Source: a bacterium (lineage in GTDB: Bacteria > Bdellovibrionota_C > UBA2361 > CALJRW01). From it: a stretch of DNA of 64,000 nucleotides. The stretch is taken from the NCBI GenBank assembly GCA_031385045.1, contig JANNBC010000015.1:19665-83664 (forward strand). Reading direction: 5' to 3'. The notes under the pieces were generated by a model. That model saw nothing but the letters and a program-made list of their open reading frames with translations, was not told where the DNA came from and made no database searches. Below are positions 38,843 to 49,970 of this stretch, piece by piece (position 1 is the stretch's first letter; the number at the start of each line of letters is the position of its first letter). Made by a program: the position numbers and the translations under genes.

Positions 38843-40015
38843 TTAGGCTAATTGCTTCGGGCTACTTTTAAAAACAAAGAGGAATGTTAATACGCTACTA
38901 AAGACAAGGATAAAACCCAAGATCAAAAATAATGCCCATTCTTTCCAAGACCAAAGATACAGTGGTTGTGGCAAGCTAATTAGCCAGATTTCAGTTTTAT
39001 CCTTTGGTGAGCTAACGCTATTAGTCACAGCAATAGTTTCGGCATCGACTAAGGCGAGTCCTTCCGCACTTGGGTGTTTCCAACCTAATTTATTTAAGTC
39101 TACTAAAACAGTTTTTTCAAGGGGCTTAGGAATTAATTGATTAGCACCAAAGATTTCCGTGTTGGCATATTCTAATTCTTGATCAGTAAATTTCAATTCA
39201 CTAATATCAGTAGCCCCCGATATTTTTATTAGGATTACGCGATTAATTATTTCACCTGATTTATTTTTCCCTTGCTCAATTGCTAATAGCCGCTTTTTAT
39301 CAACCGCCTGCAAATCACTAATCTTGATATCACTAACACTTACATATTCATTCCGATCGACAGGCAGGGCAAATGTTTTCGAGGTATTACTTAAAGGATC
39401 GAATTCAACTAAGCGAATAAACTTAGCGGTACTACTTGCTTCTCCCTCAAAGTCAAAAGGGCTTTCGCTTAATAGATAGACTTTACCATTTGGTGTAACA
39501 GCAACACTTTTTAAAATTCCATTTTTTGAAAGTGCTGGCAAGCCTTCTCCTGGCTTAATTACTTGTTGAATCTCTCCAGTTTCTAAATTAACCTTAATTA
39601 AGGCGTTTTGCTTGGAATCTACTAACCAAAGTAGATCATTGGGCGCAGTAGAGATCCCTTGTAAATTAACATTCAAACTTCCGGCTTTTTCAAAGTATAA
39701 TGGAAAACGATCCGTTACTTCAAAAGTTCCTTTTTTCTTCTTTAGTTTAGCGATCGCAATATGAGGGATAGTGGCATCAGTCCGCTGGTCTTTGCCATCA
39801 GTAATTTGAAACTCGCCATTGGGTGTTAAATAAAACATTAAAATTCCACCACCGTAGGGGCTAGATTTTTTAAAGGCGAGTCCCGAACCGTAAGTAAAAT
39901 CAAAGTTTTTGGCAGGATTCAGTTCATACTTCTCTACAAGGGTTTTAGTTTCTGCAAACACCATTGATGAGAAAATAATTAGAGGACAAATTATTAAGAT
40001 CAAACGTTTAATCAT
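38843..40015 (-). CDS. secreted beta-propeller-like protein with C-terminal TM anchor
   Basis: Signal peptide and C-terminal hydrophobic helix. Repetitive beta-rich sequence. No catalytic motif. Confidence 0.35.
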   Translation of the reverse strand: MIKRLILIICPLIIFSSMVFAETKTLVEKYELNPAKNFDFTYGSGLAFKKSSPYGGGILMFYLTPNGEFQITDGKDQRTDATIPHIAIAKLKKKKGTFEVTDRFPLYFEKAGSLNVNLQGISTAPNDLLWLVDSKQNALIKVNLETGEIQQVIKPGEGLPALSKNGILKSVAVTPNGKVYLLSESPFDFEGEASSTAKFIRLVEFDPLSNTSKTFALPVDRNEYVSVSDIKISDLQAVDKKRLLAIEQGKNKSGEIINRVILIKISGATDISELKFTDQELEYANTEIFGANQLIPKPLEKTVLVDLNKLGWKHPSAEGLALVDAETIAVTNSVSSPKDKTEIWLISLPQPLYLWSWKEWALFLILGFILVFSSVLTFLFVFKSSPKQLA

Positions 40016-40394
40016 ATCGATGTTAAAATATATATATCTCTAGTTCTATTTGAGATTTTTTGTGGGTGATTAAAAAATTTTATGATTTACAGGTAAGAGC
40101 TATCGATCGCTAACGCTTCAAACTTATCTGAGAAAGATTTCTTTCAACGCTTTTTAAAACTTCCTGTGGATACACAATTATTGTTCGAATTTCGGCAAGT
40201 TCAATAACATTCAAACTTGTGAAGAAACTGAAACTAATTGGTATAAACATTATAATATATTTTTTTGAATATTGAAATTCAAGACGTAAAATAGCTCTTT
40301 CTGCCGAACCAAATCGAAGAGTTATGTAAATTATCGCGCAAACAAATAAAAACCAATCAGTTTCTTGCCAGAAGAGTTTTTAACAAATATAGGA

Positions 40395-41558
40395 TCACAG
40401 AGAGCTTTTCGTAAGGAATCGGATTGGGCTATCCTCAAATTCTAAATAGTTTTCTTTAGTAATAATAGTCACTTTTGCTGTAGGAAATTTCTTTTTAAAT
40501 TGATCGAGGCCAGAAGTATTTTTTTTACGTCCACTTTTTACCTCAATTGCCCAGATATTTCGCCCTTGCTGCAAGACGTAATCCACTTCATGTTTTCCAT
40601 CCCGCCAGTAATATAAATCCTCCCCTGTCCTAACTAGTTGTGCTCCAACAATCAGTTCAAAGATCCTACCGACTTCTTCTGGATGATACTCAGCTCTGAT
40701 TTGTAGATATGGCAAACAAGGTGCTAATGGTAAAATCTTAGGAGAAGAAGCCTTTCTTAAAATTGCTTTATTAGAAAACTTATCTAAGGCTTTAATTAAA
40801 TAAGCACCTTCATAAAGACTAATATAATATTTAATGACTTCAACATTTCCCTTGTCTTGCAATTGCCCAAGTAGTTTGGTGTAAGATATTTCTCTTGCTG
40901 GATAAGCAATTAAGATGTCAAATGCTTGCCTAAATAATGCTGGATTTTTAACTGTCTGAAATTGTAAAATATCTTTTTCAACCACTGTCGAAATAATTGA
41001 ATTCTTAACGTATTCAACCCAGTCTTTAGTATTAATAAATTGATACGATCCTGGATACCCACCGAACTGTAAGTATTCTTCAAAGCTTAGTTGATACCCT
41101 TCCTTCGATTCTTGATAATTCCAGTGATAGGCACGAAGCAATTGAAATCTTCCTGTTAAACTTTCGGTTAATCCTTTTTGAATCTCTAGGGAGCTAGATC
41201 CTAAAAGTACACAAGCAACTTGCCGTTTGTCTTTTTTACTCTGGTCGTAAAGTGACTTAATCGCTTCTGACCAATTATGAATTTTTTGGATTTCATCAAT
41301 AAATAGTATTTTATTACCGCTTTGCGCTTCAATCCATTTCTCGCGAAGCCAATTTACATCAGGATTAAACACTTGATCCGTACTAAAATAGAGTGCTTGA
41401 TCTTGGTAATGCTCCTCAATCAGCTTAAGAATCGTTGTTGTTTTTCCTACTTGTCTTGGGCCTAAGAGAACTTGAATTAGGCCACTAGCAGAAGCAAGCC
41501 TCTCTTGTAGTAGTTTGATATAACTAAGAAATATTGGTATTTTCATTTTTAATAGCAT
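40395..41558 (-). CDS. AAA+ ATPase, COG1373/DUF4143-type (paralog 3, more divergent)
   Basis: Walker A LGPRQVGKTT, Walker B LFIDEIQK, GSSSL...TESLTGRF. Confidence 0.7.
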   Translation of the reverse strand: MLLKMKIPIFLSYIKLLQERLASASGLIQVLLGPRQVGKTTTILKLIEEHYQDQALYFSTDQVFNPDVNWLREKWIEAQSGNKILFIDEIQKIHNWSEAIKSLYDQSKKDKRQVACVLLGSSSLEIQKGLTESLTGRFQLLRAYHWNYQESKEGYQLSFEEYLQFGGYPGSYQFINTKDWVEYVKNSIISTVVEKDILQFQTVKNPALFRQAFDILIAYPAREISYTKLLGQLQDKGNVEVIKYYISLYEGAYLIKALDKFSNKAILRKASSPKILPLAPCLPYLQIRAEYHPEEVGRIFELIVGAQLVRTGEDLYYWRDGKHEVDYVLQQGRNIWAIEVKSGRKKNTSGLDQFKKKFPTAKVTIITKENYLEFEDSPIRFLTKSSL

Positions 41559-41748
41559 AACCTATCAAAAATAATAGGTCAACCTATTATTACAAAGATA
41601 CCAAGTTCAAAGTTTTACTTTTGTTCAATAATCTATTGAAATTTAACACCTTTTATTGCTACTAAACTAAGCTTGCCTAGTCCAAGACAGGAGGCTGAAA
41701 GGAGGGATAGGCAGCCTCTAATATATCAAGACTGCCCTACCTATAAAC

Positions 41749-42840
41749 TTACCAGGCTAAAGAACCTGCAGTTTGATACTCAGTAACACGAGTTTCAAAG
41801 AAGTTTTTCTCTTTACCCAGATCAATTGTTTCGCTCATCCATGGGAATGGATTTTTTGAACCAAAGATAGCGTTTAATCCAATACGCTCTACGCGACGAT
41901 CGGCAATGTACTGAACATAGTCACGGAACATCTCATGATTTAGTCCTAAGATGCCACGTGGTAAACAATCAACGGCATAAGCATATTCTAACTCAACAGC
42001 TTGTTTAATTAAGTCATAAATTTCTGCTTTGAACTCTTCTGTCCAAATATCTGGATTTTCAGCTTTAATCCCATTGATTAAATCAATTCCAAAATTTAAG
42101 TGAATTGTTTCATCACGTAAAATATACTGGAACTGCTCACCAATTCCAGTCATGCGGTTCTGGCGATGGAAAGACAAGATCATGGCAAATCCACTATAGA
42201 AGAAAAGTCCTTCCATAATGATATAGTAACCAATCAGGTTACGAACAAATCGTCGCTGACCTTCTGTAGTTGAGGTAGTAAAATTAGGATCAATTAACTC
42301 TTTAGTGAATTGCATCTCAAAAGCATCTTTCTTATGAATTGCAGGAATCTCATTATACATGTTAAAGATTTCACTCTCGTCCAGATTTAATGACTCAACA
42401 ATATAATGAAAAGTATGAGTATGAATAGCCTCTTCAAATCCTTGACGAAGTAAATACTGGCGACATTCTGGATTGGTAACATGTTTAAAGATTGCTAGTA
42501 CAATGTTATTACCAACAAGGCTTTCCGCTGTACTAAAAAACCCAAGATTACGTTTAATTACTAGACGCTCATCATCAGTTAGTGTGTTAGATTTCCAAAG
42601 TTCAATATCCTTAGACATTGGCACTTCTGTTGGCATCCAGTTGTTAGCGCAACCGTTTAGGTAATGCTCCCAGGCCCATTTATATTTGAGGGGCATTAAT
42701 TGATTAACATCAACAGCATTACAATTTACCAAACGTTTCTGATCGGCTCTAAAACGTGCTTGATTACCAAGAAGCGCTTCAGCCGCCGCTTGTTTTTCTT
42801 TAGAATCGTTACTTCCTTCATTGTCTCCGAAGTCTAACAT
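41749..42840 (-). CDS. nrdB: ribonucleotide reductase class Ia small subunit
   Basis: Ferritin-like di-iron E..H motifs ([10 protein letters not shown], ...RDETIHLNF). Directly downstream of nrdA. Confidence 0.85.
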   Translation of the reverse strand: MLDFGDNEGSNDSKEKQAAAEALLGNQARFRADQKRLVNCNAVDVNQLMPLKYKWAWEHYLNGCANNWMPTEVPMSKDIELWKSNTLTDDERLVIKRNLGFFSTAESLVGNNIVLAIFKHVTNPECRQYLLRQGFEEAIHTHTFHYIVESLNLDESEIFNMYNEIPAIHKKDAFEMQFTKELIDPNFTTSTTEGQRRFVRNLIGYYIIMEGLFFYSGFAMILSFHRQNRMTGIGEQFQYILRDETIHLNFGIDLINGIKAENPDIWTEEFKAEIYDLIKQAVELEYAYAVDCLPRGILGLNHEMFRDYVQYIADRRVERIGLNAIFGSKNPFPWMSETIDLGKEKNFFETRVTEYQTAGSLAW

Positions 42841-42912
42841 TTTCTATCTCCTAAATAATTACCACTTTAAAATTACTGCGTCTGACTAAATGTCAGACGC
42901 TACATCTACTGC

Positions 42913-45900
42913 TTACTGACAGCTTTCACACTCACCATCAAGATTTTGGGTCTCTTTGGGAAGTGCCACAGCATCACGGTTTACATTCACTTCACCAGAA
43001 GAAGATTTATTCTTCATCCAACGAGGCTGTAACCCACGCTTATTAACATCCATTGTTGATTTCTCAATTTGAGTAGCCCCTAGACATCTCAAATAATAAG
43101 TAGTTTTCAAGCCTTTCTTCCAAGCTGAAAAATACATTTCATTTAACTTCTTTCCACTTGGCTCAGCCATGTAAAGGTTAAGTGACTGACCCATATCAAT
43201 CCACTTCTGACGACGAGCAGCGCAATCAACGATCCACTCAGGATCAATTTCAAAAGAAGTTAGATAAACCTGCTTAAGATCATTAGGAATTCTTTCAATT
43301 TCTAAAATTGATCCATCAAAGTATTTCAGATCATCAACCATTTCCTCGTCCCAAAGATCTAATTTCTTCAACTCGTGAACTAGGTAATCGTTAATTACAA
43401 TAAACTCACCAGATAAGTTAGACTTAGCAAATAGATGTTTGTAAGCCGGTTCAATCGATTGAGTTACACCAGAGATATTAGAAATTGTAGCCGTTGGAGC
43501 AATCGCCATAGTATTACTATTACGCATTCCATATTTCTTGATTGAATCACGAACAACCTGCCAATCTAGAGTTGTTTCTTTATTTAGATCACAATACTCA
43601 GCACCACGGTTTTTTTCTAAGATTTCTAAAGTATCAATTGGAAGTAATCCACGATCCCATTTAGATCCTTGGTAAGATGGATAAGCTCCACGCTCTTTAG
43701 CAAGTTCACTAGAACCTAAGATTGCGTAATAAGAAATAAGTTCCATAGAACGATCCGCAAACTCTACCGCCTCAGGGCTCGCATAGCTAACTCGCTTCAT
43801 GTACAAGCAGTCTTGGAATCCCATAATGCCTAAACCAATTGGACGATGCTGTAAGTTAGAAAACTCAGCTTCTGGAATTGGATAAAAGTTAATATCAATG
43901 ACGTTATCCAACATGCGAATAGCTGTCTTAATATTCTTAGCTAGTAATTCCCGATCAAGATCGCCGTTAGCCTTAATATGTTTTGGTAAATTTAAAGAGC
44001 CTAAGTTACAAACCGCGGTTTCTTTCTCAGAAGTATTTAATAAAATCTCTGTGCAAAGGTTAGAGCTATGAACTACACCCTTATGATCTTGAGGAGATCT
44101 TAAGTTAGAAGGATCTTTAAATGTAATCCAAGGATGCCCAGTTTCAAACAACATGCTCAGCATCTTTCTCCAAAGAGTTAGAGCTTCCACAGTTTTGTAA
44201 AGTTTAATTTCTCCCTTAGCAACCATCTCTTCGTACTCTTGGTAACGCTTATCAAAAGCTGCACCATAAAGATCGTGTAGGTCAGGAACATCACTTGGGC
44301 TAAACATTGTCCAGTTACCGTTTTCGGCAACTCGTTTCATGAATAGGTCTGGAATCCAGTTAGCTGTATTCATATCATGAGTACGACGACGCTCATCTCC
44401 CGTATTTTTACGAAGCTCTAAGAAGTCTTCTAAATCTAAATGCCAAGTTTCTAAGTAAGCGCACATAGCACCTTTTCTCTTGCCACCTTGGTTCACAGCA
44501 ACAGCAGTGTCATTAGCAACTTTCAAGAAAGGGACAACGCCTTGGCTACGACCATTCGTTCCTTTGATTGTAGCCCCTGTCGCACGGACATTCGTCCAGT
44601 CATTTCCAAGTCCCCCAGCCCATTTAGATAACTGCGCATCATCAGAAACTAACTTAAAGATACTATGTAAATCATCAGTTACAGTAGAAAGATAACAAGA
44701 GCTCATTTGTGAATGACAAGTTCCTGAGTTAAACAATGTTGGAGTACTAGAAACATAATACATCTTCGATAAGATGTCGTAGAACTCGATGGCACGAGCA
44801 TTTTTATGCTCACCTTCTCGCAGCGCTAAGCCCATGGCAACGCGCATCCAGAAAATCTGAGGAGTCTCAATACGACGGTCTTCATGATGCGTTAAGTAAC
44901 GATCATAAATTGTTTGTAGTCCAAGATAAGTGAAATCTAAGTCGCGACTTAAATCCATAGCAGCGGCTAATTTAGCAATGTCATAAGTTTTAAGATCTGC
45001 TGTTAAGCGTCCAACTTGTACACCAAAATCAATGTACTGAGTAAAATACTCTTGGTGGATCTTTTTAATATCAGCATGATTTGCCGGAGTCGAAATTGTC
45101 TCTCGGTAAATCTCGTCAAGGAGTAAGCGAGCTGTTAGGAAAGTATAGTCTGGCTCTTTCTCTACTTTGGCACGAGCAGACATAATTGCGGCTTGGTCTA
45201 CTTCTTTACGACGAATTCCTTGGTAAAAATTCTTCAGCATATCAACTCGCACTTCATCGGAGTCAACATTTAGATTTAGACAAGCGTAATCAATTCTTTT
45301 CTTGATTTCCAACTCTGACATTTCAGTCTGACTACCATCAGCTTCAGTGACAGTGTAGATCGTACCCAAATTCTCGGTCGGTGCAGTTTTTGCTGCTGGA
45401 GTAGATTTTTGTTCTGCCTTAGCTAAAACAGGAGTTGCATCTTCTTCCGAACCTTCACCATTTTCTCGTAACTTGGCACGAAGTGATCGGTAAAGAATGT
45501 AATTCTTAGCTTCTTGATAAAAACTCTCTGACATTAGCTGACGCTCAACTTCGTCCTGAATGAATTCTACAGAAATTTCCTTGCCAGCGTTATTGTAATC
45601 ACAAACTTTATTAACAACTTTATTTGTTAAAAGGTTTACTGCCTGAATTACTTCGGAAGGAGTGACACCATCAACAGATCTAGTGCTACGAAAACAAGCT
45701 TCAATAGCAGAAGCAATTTTCATTGGGTTAAAACGAACTTCTTTGCCATCACGTCGCATGACTCGAATGTTGCGAGGAGAATCATCGCGAAGTTGTTTAT
45801 GTTGGTCACGATAAACAATATAATCACGGGCAACGTCATGGTGACCACACTCCATTAACTTAACTTCTACGATATCTTGAATGCCCTCAACAGTTAGACA

Positions 45901-46200
45901 TGCACCTAGCTTAGCCTTTTCTAATGAGCCTAAAATAACCTGGTCAGTAACTTCTTGTAATTGGGCAAATAAATCTGGAGTAAGTGGAGCAGTAGAGGGA
46001 ATTCCATGAGTAGCTCTCATTGCCAGCTCAATAGCGTTTTGGATACGTTCCCTACGAAACGGTACCATTGTCCCGTTTCTCTTAACAATTGTTAAGCGTG
46101 ACAAGGCCTTAGCGTCAATTCGTGCTTGATCTGCCATATTGCTTGTAGTCATTGGAGTTCCTGCAAAAGTTGAGCCAATCTGAGTTGAAGTATTTTCCAT
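42913..46200 (-). CDS. nrdA: ribonucleotide reductase class Ia large subunit with three N-terminal ATP-cone-like repeats
   Basis: 1095 aa. Repeated VxKRxGxxVxFxxxKIxxAI modules. Active-site NLCTEI. C-terminal Cys pair CESCQ. Confidence 0.9.
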   Translation of the reverse strand: MENTSTQIGSTFAGTPMTTSNMADQARIDAKALSRLTIVKRNGTMVPFRRERIQNAIELAMRATHGIPSTAPLTPDLFAQLQEVTDQVILGSLEKAKLGACLTVEGIQDIVEVKLMECGHHDVARDYIVYRDQHKQLRDDSPRNIRVMRRDGKEVRFNPMKIASAIEACFRSTRSVDGVTPSEVIQAVNLLTNKVVNKVCDYNNAGKEISVEFIQDEVERQLMSESFYQEAKNYILYRSLRAKLRENGEGSEEDATPVLAKAEQKSTPAAKTAPTENLGTIYTVTEADGSQTEMSELEIKKRIDYACLNLNVDSDEVRVDMLKNFYQGIRRKEVDQAAIMSARAKVEKEPDYTFLTARLLLDEIYRETISTPANHADIKKIHQEYFTQYIDFGVQVGRLTADLKTYDIAKLAAAMDLSRDLDFTYLGLQTIYDRYLTHHEDRRIETPQIFWMRVAMGLALREGEHKNARAIEFYDILSKMYYVSSTPTLFNSGTCHSQMSSCYLSTVTDDLHSIFKLVSDDAQLSKWAGGLGNDWTNVRATGATIKGTNGRSQGVVPFLKVANDTAVAVNQGGKRKGAMCAYLETWHLDLEDFLELRKNTGDERRRTHDMNTANWIPDLFMKRVAENGNWTMFSPSDVPDLHDLYGAAFDKRYQEYEEMVAKGEIKLYKTVEALTLWRKMLSMLFETGHPWITFKDPSNLRSPQDHKGVVHSSNLCTEILLNTSEKETAVCNLGSLNLPKHIKANGDLDRELLAKNIKTAIRMLDNVIDINFYPIPEAEFSNLQHRPIGLGIMGFQDCLYMKRVSYASPEAVEFADRSMELISYYAILGSSELAKERGAYPSYQGSKWDRGLLPIDTLEILEKNRGAEYCDLNKETTLDWQVVRDSIKKYGMRNSNTMAIAPTATISNISGVTQSIEPAYKHLFAKSNLSGEFIVINDYLVHELKKLDLWDEEMVDDLKYFDGSILEIERIPNDLKQVYLTSFEIDPEWIVDCAARRQKWIDMGQSLNLYMAEPSGKKLNEMYFSAWKKGLKTTYYLRCLGATQIEKSTMDVNKRGLQPRWMKNKSSSGEVNVNRDAVALPKETQNLDGECESCQ

Positions 46201-46237
46201 AACGATGTTTTATAATTTTAACACAAAATTTGAAAAA

Positions 46238-46253
46238 ACACTATATATAGTGT
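46238..46253. promoter_or_regulatory. NrdR box 1
   Basis: ACACTATATATAGTGT is a perfect 16-bp palindrome matching the NrdR-box consensus, 38 bp upstream of the nrdA start. Confidence 0.75.
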
Positions 46254-46269
46254 TTTGGAGGGTCTATAA

Positions 46270-46285
46270 ACACTATATATAGTGT
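46270..46285. promoter_or_regulatory. NrdR box 2
   Basis: Identical ACACTATATATAGTGT, 32 bp centre-to-centre from box 1 (the canonical ~3-turn spacing). Confidence 0.75.
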
Positions 46286-46520
46286 TCGTGCCCATAAGCT
46301 GTCCATATAAAAAATTCTTAAGGGTACTTTTAAAATGTGACTAACCTTCTTAACCTTCTAAAAACATTAGAGATCGTCAGGTAAAAAAATCTTACTTTAA
46401 TTCATTTAAAGTTATGATTTCTTGTTACTTATTTGTGCCTAGGAACCATCTAAATTATAAGTTATAGAAGATACTAGAAAAAATACTTTAGAATAAAATT
46501 AGCGGATAAAAGTTAAAATA

Positions 46521-47558
46521 ATGAGCACTGAACCAATAAAATTTGAGATAAAACAGATAAATTTTGAGATTTTTAATCTAATCCACTCCTGTTTTCAGGG
46601 TCAGTTTGCGGCTAATAATATCCTCAGCCAAACCCGCCACCCCCAATTTAATCCTGATAACCTAACAATCATTAAAGAGCAGATTAAGATCGCCCTGGGT
46701 CATCTTAAACGGATTGAAAATGATGAGCTAATTATTGATCCTGAATTTGAAGAAGTTAACGAAACTGAAACTGAGGTCTTTGCCTTACTTTCTAGTTTAA
46801 AAAGAAACTTTGCTGTCGCGGCCAATGAAATTGTTTCCATTGCTTCCACCGAAGACTGGACCAGCCAACCAGATTATTACCAAGTTCTTGTCGCCTACTA
46901 CGCTTGGTTTGCTTATGCCGAAGAGAATTACTTTAAAAAGTTACAAGACTTTTATCTGATTAATAATGTTGGGGAATATAATGAAACAATTATACAGAGA
47001 CTAGACCAGGCTAGTAATGATTTAAAGCTAACTGGTAATTTCTTAATGTCGATTAAAAGTCCTGCGGGGCCAGAGCAAGGGTTCTTCTCTCATCTAATGT
47101 TTTTTATTAAAACTTTACCAGGATATTTCTTTTCTAAAATCCATGACATCAACCAGTTCTTAACAATCAAACAAGAATTTACTTACGAGCTTGCTGGGTT
47201 TAGCGCAGAAGAAGCACCAACGTGGCAGGCTAAGAACTTTGATCCAATTGCAGCTGGGTATTGGAAATGTTTCGGGTTTGATGCGGACTCAGCCTTTGAG
47301 TGGCTAGAACGTGGATTTTTCGTAGCGGCAGAAGCAGCAAATTGGAAATTTTCAGAATTCAAATCAGCTCAAGCCGCGGCCTGGGCGAAATATTCCTTTA
47401 CACCAATTTTAGCACTTCATTGGCAACAAGCTTCTTTAAAGCCCGAGCACTCAGCAATTTTAATTTCACATGGATATTTTATGCCTGGAGATTTACCAAC
47501 AGATCCCGGCGAAGTTCAAGCCTTAATCCAGCAGGGATTTAAAAAAGAGGTTAATTAG
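46521..47558 (+). CDS. hypothetical protein
   Basis: 345-aa ORF, aromatic-rich, no motif. Confidence 0.35.
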   Translation: MSTEPIKFEIKQINFEIFNLIHSCFQGQFAANNILSQTRHPQFNPDNLTIIKEQIKIALGHLKRIENDELIIDPEFEEVNETETEVFALLSSLKRNFAVAANEIVSIASTEDWTSQPDYYQVLVAYYAWFAYAEENYFKKLQDFYLINNVGEYNETIIQRLDQASNDLKLTGNFLMSIKSPAGPEQGFFSHLMFFIKTLPGYFFSKIHDINQFLTIKQEFTYELAGFSAEEAPTWQAKNFDPIAAGYWKCFGFDADSAFEWLERGFFVAAEAANWKFSEFKSAQAAAWAKYSFTPILALHWQQASLKPEHSAILISHGYFMPGDLPTDPGEVQALIQQGFKKEVN

Positions 47559-47591
47559 ATCTTAGATCAGATCATGCTAGATAAACGGAAC

Positions 47592-48302
47592 TTAATCGAT
47601 CAGAGTGCGAGTCTTAATATTTAAAAACTCCACAAAAATAGAGAAGAGCATCGCAAAGTACAGATAGTTGCGATTAATGTGCTGTCCTAAACCATCAGCA
47701 ACTAACATTAAACCAACAATTAATAAGAAAGCTAAGGCTAACATCTTAAGAGTTGGATATTTAGCAACAATTTTACCAATGGCACTAGCCATGAAATACA
47801 TACAACCAACAGTAAAGACAATCGCAACGACCATGATCCAGACATGGTCAGTCATTCCAACAGCGGTAATTACAGAATCAAGTGAAAAAATTAAATCAAC
47901 GATTAGGATCTGAATAATGGCCGAGGCGAAACTCTTGATCATTACTTTTTTAGTCTCAACTGGAGTTTTAGCATCTTCCACCATATGGTGAATTTCTAAG
48001 GTAGCTTTGACTAGCAAAAACATCCCTCCCATAATCAAGATTAAACCCTTAATTGAAAAATCGATTTCAAATAAAGTGAAAAGCGGTTTAGTTAATAGTA
48101 ATAACCAACTAATAAAAAGCAATAATAAGATCCTAAAAAACATAGCTAACGCTAAGCCGACAGCTCGAGCTTTCTGGCGATATTCTTTTTCAACTTTACT
48201 AAGAATAACTTCCATGAAAAGAATGTTATCAATCCCTAGAACCAACTCTAATGAAATTAAACTGAAAAGTGCGGCGAGATTAGCAAAAGTGAAAATTTCC
48301 AT
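47592..48302 (-). CDS. TerC-family integral membrane protein
   Basis: 236 aa with 7 TM. ...LELVLGIDNILF... and ...SLDSVITAVGMT... match TerC/Alx repeats. Confidence 0.6.
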   Translation of the reverse strand: MEIFTFANLAALFSLISLELVLGIDNILFMEVILSKVEKEYRQKARAVGLALAMFFRILLLLFISWLLLLTKPLFTLFEIDFSIKGLILIMGGMFLLVKATLEIHHMVEDAKTPVETKKVMIKSFASAIIQILIVDLIFSLDSVITAVGMTDHVWIMVVAIVFTVGCMYFMASAIGKIVAKYPTLKMLALAFLLIVGLMLVADGLGQHINRNYLYFAMLFSIFVEFLNIKTRTLID

Positions 48303-48305
48303 GAC

Positions 48306-48737
48306 TTAAATCTTAGTTTGTAGATAATTAATAATTCTTTTAGGTTCTCGTGAAGGTAATCGATAAATCCGATTATTTCTAAGCTTTACAACTAAACTTT
48401 GGGTTCCCTTAGGGTTATAGACCCAAGGCAAAAGCGAATTAATATCCTGAATATCAAAAGCTTCAATGTTATTTGCTGAAATCGAAGAAGCAATTAGACC
48501 AAGACCAAAAGAATAGTAAATACTATTACCTTCAAGCTCGATACTTAATGAATAAATATTTAACAGCAAGAAAAGGGATGCAACGACTAAAAATATCGAA
48601 GTAGTGGAAGCATGTAGAGTAACAAGAATCAGCAAGTCAATTATTAAAACAAAGCCAATTATTGGCCAGCTAAGAAATTTTTCCTGATAAACAATATTAC
48701 TCATTAAGTTATGGAAGAGTTCGCATTGGGTTATCAA
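48306..48737 (-). CDS. hypothetical membrane protein downstream of the oxidase operon
   Basis: 143 aa with 3 TM. Overlaps the cox subunit IV gene. Confidence 0.35.
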   Translation of the reverse strand: MITQCELFHNLMSNIVYQEKFLSWPIIGFVLIIDLLILVTLHASTTSIFLVVASLFLLLNIYSLSIELEGNSIYYSFGLGLIASSISANNIEAFDIQDINSLLPWVYNPKGTQSLVVKLRNNRIYRLPSREPKRIINYLQTKI

Positions 48738-49071
48738 TGAAAACCCCAGCCATCATAATAAACAATAAGAAGATTGGAAAAAATACATACATCCAAGTAA
48801 TTGGGTTTTCGTATTTTAAATGCATAAAGAATAATGATACTAAGCTAGCTTTAACGGAAGCTAAAAGCATAGCGATTACTAAGTTAATTGAATTACCAAA
48901 ATGAAAAATTGGTGCTTTAGCAACAACTACCGTTAGAATGGTTAGACCAATCAACGAAGAAAAAATTGTGACATAAATCTTAAAAGGCACGATATGGCCA
49001 AGTTCATGATCATGACTTTCAACATCCTGATTATCGTGTTTATGTTCGTTACTCATAAAATTATCCAACAA
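48709..49071 (-). CDS. cytochrome c oxidase subunit IV-like small membrane protein
   Basis: 120 aa, His-rich N-terminus plus 3 TM. Last gene of the ctaCDE cluster. Confidence 0.45.
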   Translation of the reverse strand: MLDNFMSNEHKHDNQDVESHDHELGHIVPFKIYVTIFSSLIGLTILTVVVAKAPIFHFGNSINLVIAMLLASVKASLVSLFFMHLKYENPITWMYVFFPIFLLFIMMAGVFIDNPMRTLP

Positions 49072-49945
49072 GGTAAAGTAAAGGGAAAAGGTAAATCCAA
49101 ATTAAGTCGACTAAGTGCCAGTAAAGAGCACCAAGTTCTACCGGAGTGTAGTAGTTAGGAGAGAAGCGATTATTTAAGGCTTTTAAATAAACCCAGAATA
49201 AAATTCCCATTCCCAGAATTACGTGTAAGGCGTGAAGCCCAGTCATACAATAGTAAAGACCAAAGTAAGATTTATAAGCTGCGTTAAATTCTGGTCCATT
49301 AAACTCCCAAACATCTTTAGGGTGATGAGCGTGTCCAAATGGAAATAAATTAGCTAAATCAAATTCGATCGTAGCAATGGTATGTTTTAGAAAATAGAAA
49401 GAAACAACCAAAGCAATCGAAGCTAAAATAGTCGGCAGACGAAGCTTGGCATTGTGAGTAAAAATTACCACTCCGGAAGCCCCGATTGCTAAAAACAGGG
49501 AGCCAGTGAAAAGAAAATTCTCAAATCCTTTAACTGCATATGGAAATAAACCATAATGAACTTTGCTCTTATACTCAAAGTATTTAACGATTAAGAAAAC
49601 AAATCCACAAAACAAAGTAATTAAAACATTTCTTCGAACCTTAGCATTATTACCATGCTGGGCGGCATCCACTGCTAAAGCAGCCGTGAAACTACTAAAA
49701 ATTAGAAAGGCAGTGTTTAATGCTCCCATTCTCCAATCGAGGTTAACACTAGCTGTTTGGAATTCTGCGAAGTAAACGTAGCGATACAGGGCAAACGCCG
49801 TGAACAGACCACCAAAAAGCAAAACCTCTGTTGCTAAAAATAGCCACATACCCAACTTAGCAGCGTGATAGGCTGTTGGCGCGTCCATGTGATGCACATG
49901 CGGAGGTCCGCTCTCGATTGCATTTGATATTGTAGGATTACTCAT
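49061..49945 (-). CDS. ctaE: cytochrome c oxidase subunit III
   Basis: 7-TM protein with conserved ...HVxHMxxPxxYHAAKLGMWLFLATEV... and C-terminal YWHxVDxxW. Confidence 0.8.
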   Translation of the reverse strand: MSNPTISNAIESGPPHVHHMDAPTAYHAAKLGMWLFLATEVLLFGGLFTAFALYRYVYFAEFQTASVNLDWRMGALNTAFLIFSSFTAALAVDAAQHGNNAKVRRNVLITLFCGFVFLIVKYFEYKSKVHYGLFPYAVKGFENFLFTGSLFLAIGASGVVIFTHNAKLRLPTILASIALVVSFYFLKHTIATIEFDLANLFPFGHAHHPKDVWEFNGPEFNAAYKSYFGLYYCMTGLHALHVILGMGILFWVYLKALNNRFSPNYYTPVELGALYWHLVDLIWIYLFPLLYLVG

Positions 49946-49970
49946 AATTACAATTTAAAATAGGCAAGCT

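Noticed and set aside
41690-41725. Hairpin GAGGCTG-N14-CAGCCTC after nrdB as an intrinsic terminator
   Set aside because: The stem is short with a 14-nt loop, and no U-tract follows on the transcribed strand. Kept only as a possible weak terminator.
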